From Squalus acanthias (Eukaryota): 64,000 bases of DNA. The DNA lies in the NCBI GenBank assembly GCA_030390025.1, contig CM059438.1, positions 56,918,001 through 56,982,000 on the forward strand. Direction: 5' to 3'. The position numbers were made by a program, and so were the translations under genes. Below are positions 12,151 through 25,839 of this stretch, piece after piece; position 1 is the stretch's first letter; every line of letters begins with the position of its first letter. The notes beneath the pieces are model-generated. The model saw nothing but the letters and a program-made list of their open reading frames with translations. It had not been told where the DNA came from and did not search any database.

Positions 12151-14080
12151 AAGACCTGTTTTTGGCAGGTAACAGGTACGTTTGGCTTGCTGTTGGCTCC
12201 ACATTTTGGCAATCCCGTGGTACCAATGCAACATAGAAGCACTCCAAAGAAATGTGTTTTTGTCCCCAACAGTATCATTTAATTCCAATTTCAGAAAAGC
12301 ACGCACTCCCTCCCTCTCATTACACCTGTACACAGTTTTTCACTCCATACTGGTTTCCTCTGTTGCCTTTCTAAGTGAGATTGAAAGTTAATGCTGAATT
12401 ATGGGCAGCTTTGTGCTCTGGACTTGCACACAGTACATAATGGGTTCAGGCAGTGGAAACTTAATTTACGTTGGACAGTTACTGCCTTTAGAGTTGGGAG
12501 ACAATCATCCCATGAGTCTGCTTTGGACTCGAGCCCATCTCTCGGAGGTCGTCAGACAGTTACCGAGGAGTTAGGCACACACTTCAGGAAAGTCCATTTC
12601 TGACCATCCGTTTTATGCCTTGCTGTTGAATGAGAGGGGCTCTAGTCCAGATGGTGGTGGAAAAAGGGCGCGCGTCTGTTTAATTTAAAGATGAAAGTGA
12701 TGTCGATATTCAGCAGTTCCACATCAAGCTTTCAGGTGCACACCTCATTTTTTTATTTCCAGAATGAAGTTAACTCGGTGAGGGCTCGCCAGCTTCAGGC
12801 CGCCAGACTGCATCAGTTTGCTTTCATTGTTTCCAGATTGGATGCAGAGTGTGTGATGTGTAGAGTCTGCAGTATACTGTTAGTCTGGATTGCTTTGAAC
12901 AAATGGACCTCAGACCTGTTTTAGTCTGGATGTCCTTACTGTAACTTGTGTACAATATAGCGATGCACACACAGTTTATACTGCTGAAAATCTTGGAGCA
13001 TATTATGAAAGAGGGAAACTCCAAGTGCTGCATATTCATGTGTAGGAGTGCTGTTTCTCTGGGACATGTCAGGGTCGAACTCTGACAGGATATGGCAGTT
13101 TTGAGACTGGGTGATGCAGTGTGTCAGGACAGCTACTCTTCATTCTCTTGCCTTAAACAAGAGTAGATGGTAGTGTAAATTCATAACACAAACCAGAGCT
13201 CACAGTTCATCATTGGCATGTCACAAAAATGATTATTTTGGGAGTGCCAAGGGCTTTGGGAAAGGTGGCTCCACCCTGCTTTTCATTGTTGAAACACCAC
13301 AAGGTCAAACTACAATTTACTCACTGGTTACACACTAGAGCTGACATGACTGCTCTTGACCCTTGTTAACTGGATTTGAGGTTCACTAATGGTCTCTCTC
13401 AGCGTTGGGCTTCCTGTTAAGGAGCGTGGGATGTGGAAAAGTAGCAGAGACAGCTTCTTTCAATCTGAATGTTTTTAAGAAGCAGCAAAAGCTGTGTGTT
13501 TTCTATTTCTGACGTTACTGGGTCTGTGTCACTGTGGGTGGGGTGCTTGCACTGAGGAATGCAGGGTGAAACCTATGGACTCTGCACTGCTTCACTTTTA
13601 TCAGTGAACTGGGAGTGGCCAAGTACTGCACCTAAACGGTGACACCATTGACTTCAGTCACGTTAAAGTCTTGAGTTGCCCAATTTTCTTGCAAGAGCTC
13701 AAGATGCTGTTTACAGCGATCGAGGTGGTTCCAGTGACCAAGCACTGCTCTGGCTCATGTTTCCATGATCTTTTCTAGATAGGTACATGCGGCTGGTAGA
13801 AGCTGGTGCGTACCGTTACTCTTTAACCTTGCAGCTCTGATCAGAGCTAGACTATGCGTAGCATGTTATTGGTTAGTTGTAGGGAACGCAGGCTCCACAT
13901 TCTCTTCTGTTTTGTTCCGTGTCGTATGATTTTTACAAATGTTCTGGCTAATGTCATGAGTTTCTCCGTATTAAACAGAAATGGATTAAATCTATTTCTG
14001 ATTTGCATTCAGCTCTGTAGAACTTTGGGTCATTCTCAAGGTTACTTCATTCACAAGAACTCTAAGCTGCTTTTATTCAG

Positions 14081-15759
14081 CAACTAATGGGGGGAGGAGG
14101 AGGAGGCTCTAAATATCCCCATCTTCAATATGGCAGAATCCAACACCCAAGTGCAAAAGACCGCAAGTGTTTGCAGCTGTCTTCAGCAGAAGTGCCGAGT
14201 GGGTGAACCTTCTTGGCCTCGTCCTGAGATCACCACCATCACAGATGCCTGTCTTCAACCAATTGATTCACTCCATGTGGCAACAAGAAACGGCTGAGCG
14301 CACCGGAGACGCAGCAAAGGCTAGAGGCCCTGACAACATCCCAGCTGTAGTGCTGGAGACTTGTGCTCCAGAACTAGCTGCGCCTCTAGCCAAGCTGTTC
14401 CAGTACAGTTACAATACTGGCATCTACCCAATGTGGAAAATTGCCCAGGTATGTCATGTCCAGAAAAAGCAGGACAAATCCAATCCAGCCAATTACCGCC
14501 CCATCAGTCTCCTCTCAATCATCAGCAAAGTGATGAAAGGTGTTGTCAACAGTGTTATCAAGTGGCACTTACTTACCAATAACCTGCTCACCAGTGCTCA
14601 GTTTGGGTTCCGTCAGGGCCTCATTACAACCTTGGTCCAAACAGATGCAAGCTGAATTCCAGAGGTGAGGTGAGAGTGACTGCCCTTGACATCAAGGCAG
14701 CATTTGACTGAGTGTGGCACCAAGGAGCCCTAGTAAAACTGAAGTCCATGGGGATCGGAGAAAACGCTCCACTGGCTGGAGTCATACCTAGCACAAACTA
14801 AGATGGTTGTGGTTGTTGGTCAATCATCTCAACCCCAGGATATCACTGCAGGAGTTCCTCAGGGCAACGTCCTAGACCCAACTATTTTCAACTGCTTCAT
14901 CAATAATCTTCTCCAGTATAAGGTCAGATGTGGGGCTGTTTGTTGATGATTGCACAGTGTTCAGCTTCATGTCCAACTCCTCAGATAATGAAGCAGTCCG
15001 TGCCCACATGCAGCAAGACCTGGACAGCATCCAGACTGACTGATAAGTGGCAAGTAACATTCATGCCAAACAAGTGCCAGGCAATGATGATCTCCAACAA
15101 GGGAGCGCTTAAACACCTCCCCTTGACATTCAATGGTATTACCATTGCTGAGTCCCCCATCAACATCCTGGGGGGGTGTGGGGGGGGTCACCTTTGACCA
15201 GAAACTCAACTGGACCAGTCACTTAAATGTCGTAGCTACTAGAGCCGGTCAGAGGCTGGGTATTTGCAGAGAGCGGCTCACCTCCTGACTCCCCAAAGCC
15301 CCTCTACCACCTACAAGGCATAAATCAGGAGTGTGATGGAATATTCTCCATTTCCCTGTAACAACATTCAAGAAGCTTGACACCATCCAGGACAAAGCAC
15401 TCCACTTGATTGTCACCCCCTCCACCACTGACATACCGTGGCTGCAGTGTGTGCTATGATTCTTCAGCAGCACCTTCCAAACCTGTGACCACCACCACCA
15501 CTAATAAGGAAGAGGATAAAAGGTGCATGGGAACACCATCACCTCCAAGTCTCAAATCCTGACTGGGACATAGTTTGCTGTTTGTTCATTGGCGCTGGAT
15601 CAAAATCCTGGAACTCCTCAACAGCACTGTCAGAGCACCTTCACCACACAGTCTGCAGCGGTTCAAGAAGTCTCTCCGCCACCTTCAGGGCAACTAGGAT
15701 TGGGCATTAAATGCAGCCTTGCCGGCGACGCCCACCTCGAAGAATACATCAAAAATAAA
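14081..15759 (+). mobile_element. 5'-truncated copy C of the tRNA-headed CR1-group LINE
   Basis: GPDNIPAVVLETCAPELAAPLAKLFQYSYNTG, NYRPISLLSIISK and AQFGFRQG, with the same 3' tail (GGCGACGCCCAC...AAAAATAAA) as copies A and B. Confidence 0.9.
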
Positions 15760-16199
15760 TGATGGAAATGATCCGTCCTTCGGTGAGGCATTAAACCGAT
15801 CTGGTTTTATCCTTTTTGTTTTAATTTAAGAATTTCATGTTATAAAAAAGACATGTATTTTGGAATATGTGGCTTTTGCAAAAATAAACGTTTCCTCCCT
15901 CTTACACTGTTATTTAAACATGATGCCATGAGATGTAAAACCACTGCTATTTATAATTCTCTCCTACACAGATCTGATTCCACTCAACTGATGTACAAAT
16001 GGATAAAAAAAAGTGTGGAGGAGCCGTTAGTTGCTCTCAAACTCTGCACTCCCAACATCCTCCAAAATATGTAACATTATGGTGCATTACGGATGGGGTT
16101 GAAATAACTCCGGATGAAGTTGAAAGAGACCCGGGAGTCTTAGTTGACTCAACATTCAACAAATCCAACTAATGCAGAGCAACAATCAACAAAACCAAT

Positions 16200-16915
16200 A
16201 GGACGACAGCGCCAAAACAATAGAATACAAGTCAGAGGGAGTCGTGATCACACTGTACAGGCTCTGGTCAGACCTACCTTGAGCACTGTGTCCAGTTCTG
16301 GTCAGACCCACCTTGAGCACTGTGTCCAGTTCTGGTCAGACCTACCTTGAGCACTGTGTCCAGTTCTGGTCAGACCTACCTTGAGCACTGTGTCCAGTTC
16401 TGGTCAGACCCACCATGAGCACTGTGTCCAGTTCTGGTCAGACCTACCTTGAGCACCGTGTCCAGTTCTGGTCAGACCCACCATGAGCACTGTGTCCAGT
16501 TCTGGTCAGCAGGAGATAAGAGGGTTGGAGGCAGAGCTGAGAATAGTCACGAGGCTGATCACTAGTCAGAGTTATGGGGAAAGGCTGGAGAAACGTGAGC
16601 TTTTTTCAGCAGTGTCTGAGGTAATCTTGTAGACCTATATAAAGTAGTAAACCGAATAGAAAAGGTAAACCGGAATATTTTGAATTAATTTGCGAAATTG
16701 GAACGGAGACATAGAATTAAACTGCCACATGCTAAATTTAGGATTGATATTGGGAATTTCTTCACACTTGGAATGGGCTCCCAGATAGTTTAGTGGAGGT
16801 GAAAATCCTGAAATCATATAAGAACCAATTGCTGCTGTAGTTGGGGGACTTTGGGGTATGTTGGGATGGATGGGCTTCATGGGCTGAGTGGCATTTCTTC
16901 CCCATGATTACCATG
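16200..16915 (+). mobile_element. Degenerate CR1 3' fragment containing a 34-bp minisatellite
   Basis: ALVRP..LEHCVQFWS, downstream SYGERLEK-like segment, and CR1-like 3' UTR (GGGCTGAGTGGC). Confidence 0.7.
16264..16509. repeat. 34-bp minisatellite, 7 full copies plus a partial
   Basis: Unit CTGGTCAGACC(T/C)ACC(T/A)TGAGCACTGTGTCCAGTT starts at 16264, 16298, 16332 ... 16502. Confidence 0.95.
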
Positions 16916-18098
16916 TGGCCTTGCTCAAAGGATATGTCTCAAGAACTTTGCACTTTGGCCCTTTTGGTTTCAATGAGTATCCACATTGACAGAAATGGAG
17001 CCCTTTGTCCAAACGCTTTCCTCCCCCCGGTACTATGGTTTTATTTTGAAAGTTAAAAAGAAAATCAAGTCAAAATAGAAAGCTGCGCATTGATTAAGAA
17101 AGTGAGCATAGTTGACTCGAGTTGAGCAGGCTACAGAATTATGATGAAATGAAGTGACCTTAATATGCTAATATTAGTGTACACACCTTGTAAATCTTAT
17201 CAGGACTGTCTGCTGAGAATCACGTAAAGGAAACAACTTTTAGCTCCAAGACCAACCTTGGCATATATGTTTCAGAACTGCCCACTTTGTTAATTCAGTT
17301 CAGTTCTTGTCAGGCAAGGGAGGAATGGGAGACTTGGTGAATAGCCAATTTCCCACACAAACTTTGCATCACAGATGTTGGTTCAAGGTACAACTTGTAA
17401 CACTACGGGGACAAGCAGAATTTCAGGGTGTTACTGTTTTTGAACAGGGGACTGACTAAGTTTTGAAATTTGCTGTGTTTGTTCATCTGTTTAATCTTCC
17501 TTAAACCTGATTCATATAATCTATCAGTGTTATTTTGTCTGTCAGTTGGAGAGGGCGAGAGTGCGAGGTATCTCGTGCTGTTTCCACTGATTTTATCAGC
17601 AGTATATTGTTCACTCCAGGTACGCTACGCTTTCGGATACATTTTGCATAAAGTTACGCTTCGGTGCATAGGGGGCAAGAACTTACTTATGGGAACAGCA
17701 GTGTGCATGAGTGAAGGAACCTGGAGAACATCCAAATCATAAACACGGGATCGGCCTGAAGACACACTGGACATTGAGCTGCTTTCTCTCCGGTTCTGCT
17801 TTGCTAATCTCTGCAGTAAAGTGTTGAATGTGTATATAACTTTTTTTAGTTTGCAAGTTTTCAAACATAATAGCATGTGGTATATCAGACTAGCAGGGCA
17901 TTGCAGCTAATGGTCAGTGAATGGATATGGACCAGAGGAAGATGAGCTCTGCTGATTGTATAAATAGAGCGAGAGTGATGATTTGGGGATAGTCGGTCTT
18001 GGGTAAATGGCATAGTGTAACAAGTTTGAATCCTGACTCCAAATATAGATGCAACAAAAATCCTTTTATTGTGTTCGACCAAGTCCATATACACACAT

Positions 18099-18990
18099 GG
18101 GGTAAAAATTCACTTGGTTGCGCCACCCGTTAGCGCCTTAAGAGGGCGCTAATGGGGCGTAAAGCCGCTAACGCCCGGGCGCAGCGATGTTTGCGCCGCT
18201 CGAGAACTTAACTTGAGATTGTGCGGCGGCGCTAAAACTTACCGCTGCGACCACCTGCGCGCGCAGATTGTGACGTCATTCCATGCTGCAACGCCCTTGG
18301 GGCGCCCCGTAGCGGAAATTGAGTGGCGCCCCCTGCCTTACCGCCTGGCGCATCCAACGACCAGAAGACTGGAACGCTATCAATCGCTGTGGGGCTGGGG
18401 GGGGGGGCGCTATTTAAAGGGGGCCTCTTCCTGTCTTTTATTGTTGGTGGCATTTTTGAACTACGCATTCTGAGAGAGAGGGGGAGAGACTTCTGGAGAG
18501 ATTCAACGTTGTGTGAAGGAGTTTTGGGTACTGAGCAGCACTTTGCAGGTTCATTTTGCTCATTCCTTGTATCGATTTAGCAGAGACCGTGGGAGCTGCA
18601 CTCTGAGCTCTTTGCCTGGTGCTCTCCATTGTTCTTTCCAGCACATTTGATGTGCAAGTCTCTCCAGGCCGAGATTCAAGGCAGCAATGAACAGGATGTG
18701 GATGGAAAGCAAGATTAACCATCCCCTTTAAGAACTGGCCCGTGCCATTGTGTGTGTGTTCCATTGCTGACTGACATTACATGAGCTTGGCCAGCGCTCC
18801 GAGTTAGCGCCTCACTGCTCGGCCTTTGCGCCTTAAGAGAGGTGTGCAGCGCCTGCTTTAGCGCTCCACTCACCTCCCGGGGCGGTAAAAGTGAAGTTTC
18901 CCGTCAGTGCCGATAATTAGCGCCAGGCGCTAATATTTGCGTCCGGACGATATTTGCGCCCCAAATGGGGCGCGACCTAATTTCTACCCC
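18099..18990. mobile_element. Non-autonomous DNA transposon (MITE), PIF/Harbinger-ISL2EU-like termini
   Basis: TIRs GGGGTAAAAATT and AATTTCTACCCC (11/12). CpG-rich subterminal regions with repeated TTAGCGCC/GGCGCTAA motifs. Flanks read CAT| and |ATG. Confidence 0.75.
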
Positions 18991-20046
18991 CATGTCTTTA
19001 AACTGTAGACATACAGGGAAATAAACCATATAACCGTGTTCTCTTTCCCTGGGTAGAGAAGTTGTTGTTGTACCTTTTTCCAATCCTGCTTTTCTCTACA
19101 AATCGTTAAAGAAAGGCTTGAGAATTTAGTCTGTTTCTCACGGAATACAGTCATTGCTGATTGATTGTGGTATGGCAAGTGTTATTGTGAACAAGACACC
19201 TAGAAAGGATGTATTTCCTACAAAACAACAGATGCCACTTGTTTTTATCCTATCTTCCATTGTTCCATCTCCTTATCTCAAAACTGCCTTGGCTAACTGT
19301 TTCCCAAATCTTACATCCTGTGTTTCTGCAAACAATTAAAACAGTGTCAGCTTAATAGTACCCTGACACATCAAAACCTAAAGCATCCTGTGAGTGAACA
19401 CTTTCAACCATTTCATTAAGTAAAAACAAACAGGAGGATCATTGTGTGGAGTAGAGGTGCCGAGCACTAGAGTAATTCCCACAATCCTGGAACTGGTATT
19501 CTGCAGGTGTGATGATTTTTAACAGTGCTGCTGTGAATCTGATTCGGTGATCTGAAGAGTTCATTCTCCAGCTTTGCTTGCGTTTTAATACGTATTTAAG
19601 GAATTAAATACTTTAATGAGCTGGTGTAAATGCAGCTGTTGCTTCTGCCTCGGTGTGCAGCTCTCTGCTTTTCATATTTACGTTGCTGCTTTGTGTTTGT
19701 GTTTTGTGGCTACGAGTTCTTTGTTACTCATCCATCAGCTTGTTTGCATGTGGTCCCAGTGCTCCTTGCTGGAGTTAATCCGGGTGCGAGCTCCCTGTTC
19801 CGCTGGTTGATCAGTGTGTGGCAGGCGACTGTGGAATCTCGGGTGCTCCAAGTTCTGTATCGCAGTGGTGGATTACTAAGCAATGGCTTAATTAGCAGAA
19901 CTTCCCATCGCTGACACCTTCTATACCACCAAGGATGAGCAATAATGTAAAACATTTATCACAAGATGTTACGAAAACAAATCTTGTGAGCTCAGTAGAC
20001 AGAGCCACTGATTGGTGAGTTACTGAATTATACAGACTTAAAGACT

Positions 20047-20478
20047 TTTATTTCTATAGCGTCTTTCATGACCTCAGGACATCCCGAAGCACTTTGCAAC
20101 CAATGGCGTGCTTTTGAAGTGTAGTCACTGGTGTAATATAGGAGATGCGGCAGCTAATTAGCGCACAGCAAGCTCCCACAAACAACAACGAGGTAATGAC
20201 CAGATAATCTGATTGTGATGTTGGTTGAGGGATAAATATTGGCCAGGACACCGGGAAGAACTCCCTGCTCTTCTTCCAATAGTGCCATGGGATCTTTTAC
20301 GTCCACCTGAGAGCAGGCTCCAAATATTGGTTTAAGGTCTCATCCAAAAGGCAGCACTCCCTCAGTACTGCACTGAAGTGTCAGCCTAGATTATGTGCTC
20401 AAGTCTCTGGAGAGGAACTTGAACCCACAGCCTTCTGACTCGGAGGACAGAGTGCTACCACTAAACCCTGGCTGACAC
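20047..20478 (-). mobile_element. Deu-domain SINE (SacSINE1/AmnSINE1-like) with L2-type tail
   Basis: tRNA-like head (GGTAGCACTCT...GGTTCAAGTTCC) and Deu core GTGGACGTAAAAGATCCCATGGCACTATTGGAAGAAGAGCAGGGAGTTC...GGCCAATATTTATCCCTCAACC. Confidence 0.85.
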
Positions 20479-23439
20479 TAATGAAGATGCGGCTCTCAAA
20501 GCTGATCTTTGTGGTTGCTGTGAGCCCTGAAGCACTTGGAGAAGTTGTTGGGTTATCAGTGGGTGAGCCACTGATTTCCCAGTGCGTGCTCTGGGAAGCT
20601 TAACTCTGCATCTGAACCTCTGAATACAGGGTCCGAATTCCCCTCACAGGTGGAGCGGTGTGTGAAACTTACTGCGTGGAATTTTCAATCTGATACGGAG
20701 CTGAGCGTTACTGCTGGAGCTGCTCTTGGATAAACAACAGTCTGACTGCAGCACGAGCAGCTCTTGTGGTGCTGATCTATCCATGATCCTATAGAGTACT
20801 GATCACCTGGCTCCATCTCTCCAATATGGGGTGGGGGGGGTGACACAGGCATGGAGTAGGCAATCCTCGTTCCATTCAGCGGTCCACAGTGCTTTTAGAC
20901 TGCATTGAGTCCAGAAGCAAGGGATGGATTTTCTCTGTAACCAGAAGATACAGGATTTATAGAACACTGTGCAGAGCTTCCTTGAGGATTTGTGCACTCC
21001 AAACACCTTTTCCATTCATTTTCACCGCTTTTATGCAGTTAATGTGACGAATTAAGTTGGAGCTGATTTGTAAATGAGGGTCGTTTGATACCACTGTAGG
21101 AGAGATGGGGACAACATCATGATCCATCTTTCTCGGCCTATTATTGAGTTGGTATACTTGGTGCTGAGAATAGTGAACCTTGTGTCCAGTCAGCCCTGCC
21201 CGGGCCTGGAGTGCGTTTGGAGCTCCTGTCAGGTGTGGAACGAAGTATTTTGCAGAGAGTATAATCTGTCTCCACAACCCTCACTGATTATCCTCTACAA
21301 TTTATATAACACGTTTAAAGCAAACACTCCGCACCCTTCAGCTGAACGAAGCTCGTTGATTTAGTGGGAGACGAGTCAGCATTGTGTTGTGCAGAATTAG
21401 GGCATGTTTTTGCTCTGAATACTGACTGCAAAAACTGATGTAGGAAACAGTGTGACTCTGAGGAACAAATGGCGAGTACAGTTTCTCAAATACACATAAT
21501 CTGTCCATGTGCAGTAACCGAGGCACACTGATTTACGTAACGCAAATGCGTCTAATCAAGCCACCATAGGGGTTTACCACAGATTATTTAATGCTCTGGG
21601 AGGGAAATGCACGAAACACAATATACATTAAAAAAAAATTGATTTAAGCAGCCGGTTTTATATTTGCTGTACCAGTCACTTCTGAATATGAGCGCGAGTT
21701 CCTGAGTGGGGGTGGCGGGGGAGTATTCTGACCGGCTTGGTTTTCCTACAGATTTTACATTGAAGCAGCTTTCATGTAAATCTGATACAAATACAGCAGT
21801 ATATGTGGGGAATGAAATTGCCAAATGGCAGAGAGATTCACCGTGCTTGGGCTTCACACTGGCTGCCGTGTTGCTGCACAGAATATGAAACTGTCTCTGA
21901 CCTTTATTTAAAAAAAAAAGATCTGGAGCAATTTTAGCTTTTGAACGTTGGTTTAAAAAGCTCATTGTCCTGTCAGCTCTTCGGTAACTTGGTAAACGTA
22001 ACCGCTGCTATGAGTGCCATGGAGGCTGGCACACCCAAGAGCTGGCACCTGTACTCACCACTCTACAGCAAGTACAGGTGTCAAAGTGGTAAGCAGTGTA
22101 AAAGGGCTGCTCTATCCCTGCAAAGCTTGAGTATGGAACAAGAGAGCCAGAGGCTTGTGAACAGGGTGGTGTGTAGAGGGCCACAAGAAGTAGGAGAGAA
22201 GAAATGTAATGAGCAAGCTGGACAGGTGGGAGTGCAGTGGCACTCCGCATGGTCTCTGTGTGTCAGACCTATATCACTCTATAGCCAACTTTCTTTGTTG
22301 AACGATCCTGTGACCGGACTGAGAATGTCAGAGTTCCTGTGTGAAAGGAGTCTGGTATTATGGCATTGAACTTGGCAAGATTCAATCTTGGCACAAGTAG
22401 AAATGAAAGAAAACACAGAAACCAACAGTAATGTTAAACTGTAACAGCGCAGGACAGCTGCCTGTACTGTCCGAGTAGGGCCGGGTTCAGTGAATCTGGT
22501 ACTTATTCTATGCAGTTGGGATTTGAGGGCCAACATTGTAAATCTAGAAGCACCTTTTACCCCAGTGTCACCAGGACTAGGACTTAAAGACCTGAGGCAC
22601 GTGTGCGTTTTATTTTGCAGGATCTGGAGATAAAACTAGAGTGTGTGGTACACAGAGGAAGGGGAGGGTCAGATGTACGTTGGAGCTGAGCTCCTATCAG
22701 ATTATATTTTTTAAAATGCGGAGAATGTTTTTGGCTGCTTTCAGCTGTTCACTTGGAAATATTCTAAACTTTTTTTTCTAAAAAAGGAAATGTTGGCCTG
22801 TACTGATGCCATCTTGTAACAGCACAAGCAGGCTTTATGAATGAGCCAGAGACTTGTATGGTAATAGAAAGTACTTTGCAAAATTAGACTTGTCTCCTTA
22901 AATACCTGCTGCCTAACTCCAAATCTGAGACACACGTCACACAGCCGGCTCTCTTTTAGTGTATTTTTTGTGTGAATTTAGTGCTCATCAAAGTTCAGGC
23001 ACTTGCTGGGGACCCCAAGCACCCTGAGGTCAGGTGTATAATGATTCAATGCAGTGCTGTTACTGTTTCAACAACATCCTTAGCTCCCATCTCAGAAGAG
23101 CTCCCCTGTACTGCACCAGTGTGATATTTCCCCAACAAGCCATCCTGTGGCCTGCGAAGTCTGCTGCCAACTTGGCGCCATATTAGGCCATTGGGTGGAC
23201 CCAGACCAAATGCATTTCTTGCAGATAGAGGAGACTTTCTCCCCGTCGGTCTTGGCTGGTTTTGTACCTAGATCGCAGAGATAAAAGGCCAGTGTCTAAG
23301 CTACTGTTACTGTTGTGTGAAAGTAGTAATGAAAGTGGCTCAGAGGTGCCAGGCACTGGTGACACAAGATAAATGGGCATGGTGATAACTTTATAGTCTA
23401 ACAAGTGTTTAAAAACCACAGGAACACTCTCTCCAGGGT

Positions 23440-23555
23440 CATAGAAACATAGAAACCAGGAGCAGGAGTAGGCCATTCGGCCTGTCGAGCCTGCTCCACC
23501 ATTCGATACGATCATGGCTGATCATCCAAATCCAGTACCCTGTCCCTGCTTTCTC
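23440..23555 (-). mobile_element. CR1/HER1 3' tail fragment
   Basis: CATAGAAACATAGAAA tail repeat plus GGAGCAGGAGTAGGCCATTCGGCC...GAGCCTGCTCC. Confidence 0.8.
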
Positions 23556-23556
23556 A

Positions 23557-23902
23557 CACAGAATCCCCACAGTACAGATAGAGGCCATCTCGGCCCATCG
23601 AGCCTGCACCGACACATATCCCACCCTATCCCCGTCACCCCACGTATTTAATTCCCCCTAACATATCCCATCCTATCCCCGTAACCCCACATATTTAATC
23701 CCCCCCTAACACTAAGGGCCAATTTATCATAGCCAAATCAACCTAACCCGCACATTTTTGGACTGTGGGAGGAAACCGGAGGAAACCCACGCAGACACGG
23801 GGAGAATGTGCAAACTCCACACAGTCACCTGAGGTCAGATTCGAACCCGGGTCCCTGGCGCTGTGAGGCACCAGTGCTAACCACTATGTCACCGTGTTGT
23901 CC
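23557..23902 (-). mobile_element. HE1-type V-SINE (tRNA head, V domain, CR1-like tail)
   Basis: Minus strand: GTGGTTAGCACTGGTGCCTCACAGCGCCAGGGACCCGGGTTCGAATC, then V-domain GTGTGGAGTTTGCACATTCTCCCCGTGTCTGCGTGGGTTTCCTCCGG. Confidence 0.9.
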
Positions 23903-25839
23903 AGTGTATCCAGCCTCCAGTACCAAGAGTGCTGGTTTTGGGTTGAGAGCGATTAATGAAATGAAATCAATCAGTTTTTCTTTTTACAGCCTCAACGTAC
24001 CCGTGTATCAGGGAGGAGTGAGCGAACAGCTGCTGATACAGCTGCTGGATGCTGAGCAACTCTCCCGGTCACCACCTACACTCTGGCTCTTGGGATCAGC
24101 AGCACACTTTGGGATCATCACCCCTGATATATTCATCGTTTGGTTACTGACCATTATTACCAGAGTCACCGTACGTGAGAACCGGGAATGCTGCTGAGCC
24201 ATTTTGAGGGGCTTTAAAATCTAATTTTTAAATAACATTTTTGAGGGTGATTAATGATGGGTTAATGGGCCCCCTGATTAATGGGAGGATTCATACTCTG
24301 CCAACAAGCATGAAGAGTGTCTATTCCTGCACAGAGAGAGGAGAAAGTTAGCAATAAATAAACAGAAACCTTTTCTGGGTTGAGGTACTGCAGCCAGACA
24401 CTGAGGGGATGGTGCTGCTCGTGTTCTTTCTAATGCGCTCCTGTTGGGCACAGTGAGTCTCGGAAACCTATTGCCTTGTTGATGAAAGTGTTGAACCAGC
24501 AACTGAACAATCACGCCGGCTATCTGGAGTTTTACTTTCTGGTTTGGGTGGTCGCAGATACTGTGGCTCTGATGCTTCTGAATAGGTCAAATAACAGCGG
24601 ATCCAGTTCGAGGTTTACTCTCCATGGTCTTGTGTTTGCAACATTAAAATTGGATGAGGTTATTTATAAGTTTAAAAAAAAAAATCAACAAAGTCTCTGC
24701 GTTTAAAGCTATTTCTCCTTATTAACAGTATCCTGAACTGGAACAAACAGGATACGTGTCATTTCACTGATGCTGGGCATTTCACTGAAGGTGTTTTTTG
24801 TCTTAAATTTTCACTCCAAGTCATTGACTCCTGTGGTGGGGAATGGTTACATGGATGCCCTCTGGTATCCCACCCAGATAACCATGATTTATCTGTGAGC
24901 CTCAATCCTGAGTGTTCAATCAAAGAGGACCATAATAGCCAAGTCTGTCGCGGGGGGGGCATTGCCTTGCCTTGCTTTGCTCTGCTGTCGCCCTGGGTGG
25001 GTGGGGGGTGCTGTGACATTAAGGGGTGCTTTGAATCAATGTAGACTAGAGTGAATGCATTAGAGGGTTATAGAAGGGTGTAGGAAGGGATGGCCTTGCA
25101 TTGCTTTGCTTTGTTGGTTTATGAATATTTGGAACTTTATCCTCTTTGTTCATTGTGTTAAAGGACAGAATCTGGCAGCCAGCACTGCCATTTACGGTAT
25201 ACTGGACCAAAATAGCTGCTTGTATGATCCTTTTCAATTATCACTAAGCTACCACGAGCCACGGTGGTCACAAGCTACTGTCAACCTCCTCTCTCTCTGA
25301 AAGATGTCTATTGCAGTTATTGTATTTTGTGTGTAAATATACACCCATTGGCACACTTCTACCATGGAATGAATAGTGTTTGTAAAACAATCGATCTTCT
25401 GTTCTCTGTTAACCATCCTCTTGCTGTGAGTATACCTGGCTCTTGCGTTGGAAACGCACACTTGGCCACTAAATTCGACTATTGTCCGGCAATGCTGATT
25501 CGACTCCACTTAGTGATCAGGCTGGACCCGGACACAGAATCCCAAGCCATACCCCAGTTGTGTTGAATGTGCCCAGTTGCTCGGGCTTTGATGTTCAGCA
25601 CATTGAATGGAGTCTGTGGACTTTGAGACACAGGAGCAGTGTTTCGAAGAGTGAGTGTTTAATGCTGTGTTTGTTCCAGTTGATTTGCTGAATGAACAGT
25701 TCAATGGACTGGTATGACAGACTATTCATCAGCTTGTTCCTTTTCTCTTGCTTTATAGAAATGAATGCTTTTGGTCAAAACTGTGGTAAGGATATTGCCG
25801 ATAACCCAGTTCACTCCTCGGGTTTTGTTCAGTATCAGT

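Noticed and set aside
16264..16509. CRISPR-like 34-bp repeats (also the 48- and 50-bp arrays)
   Set aside because: Head-to-tail units with no unique spacers, no cas genes, and a eukaryotic context.
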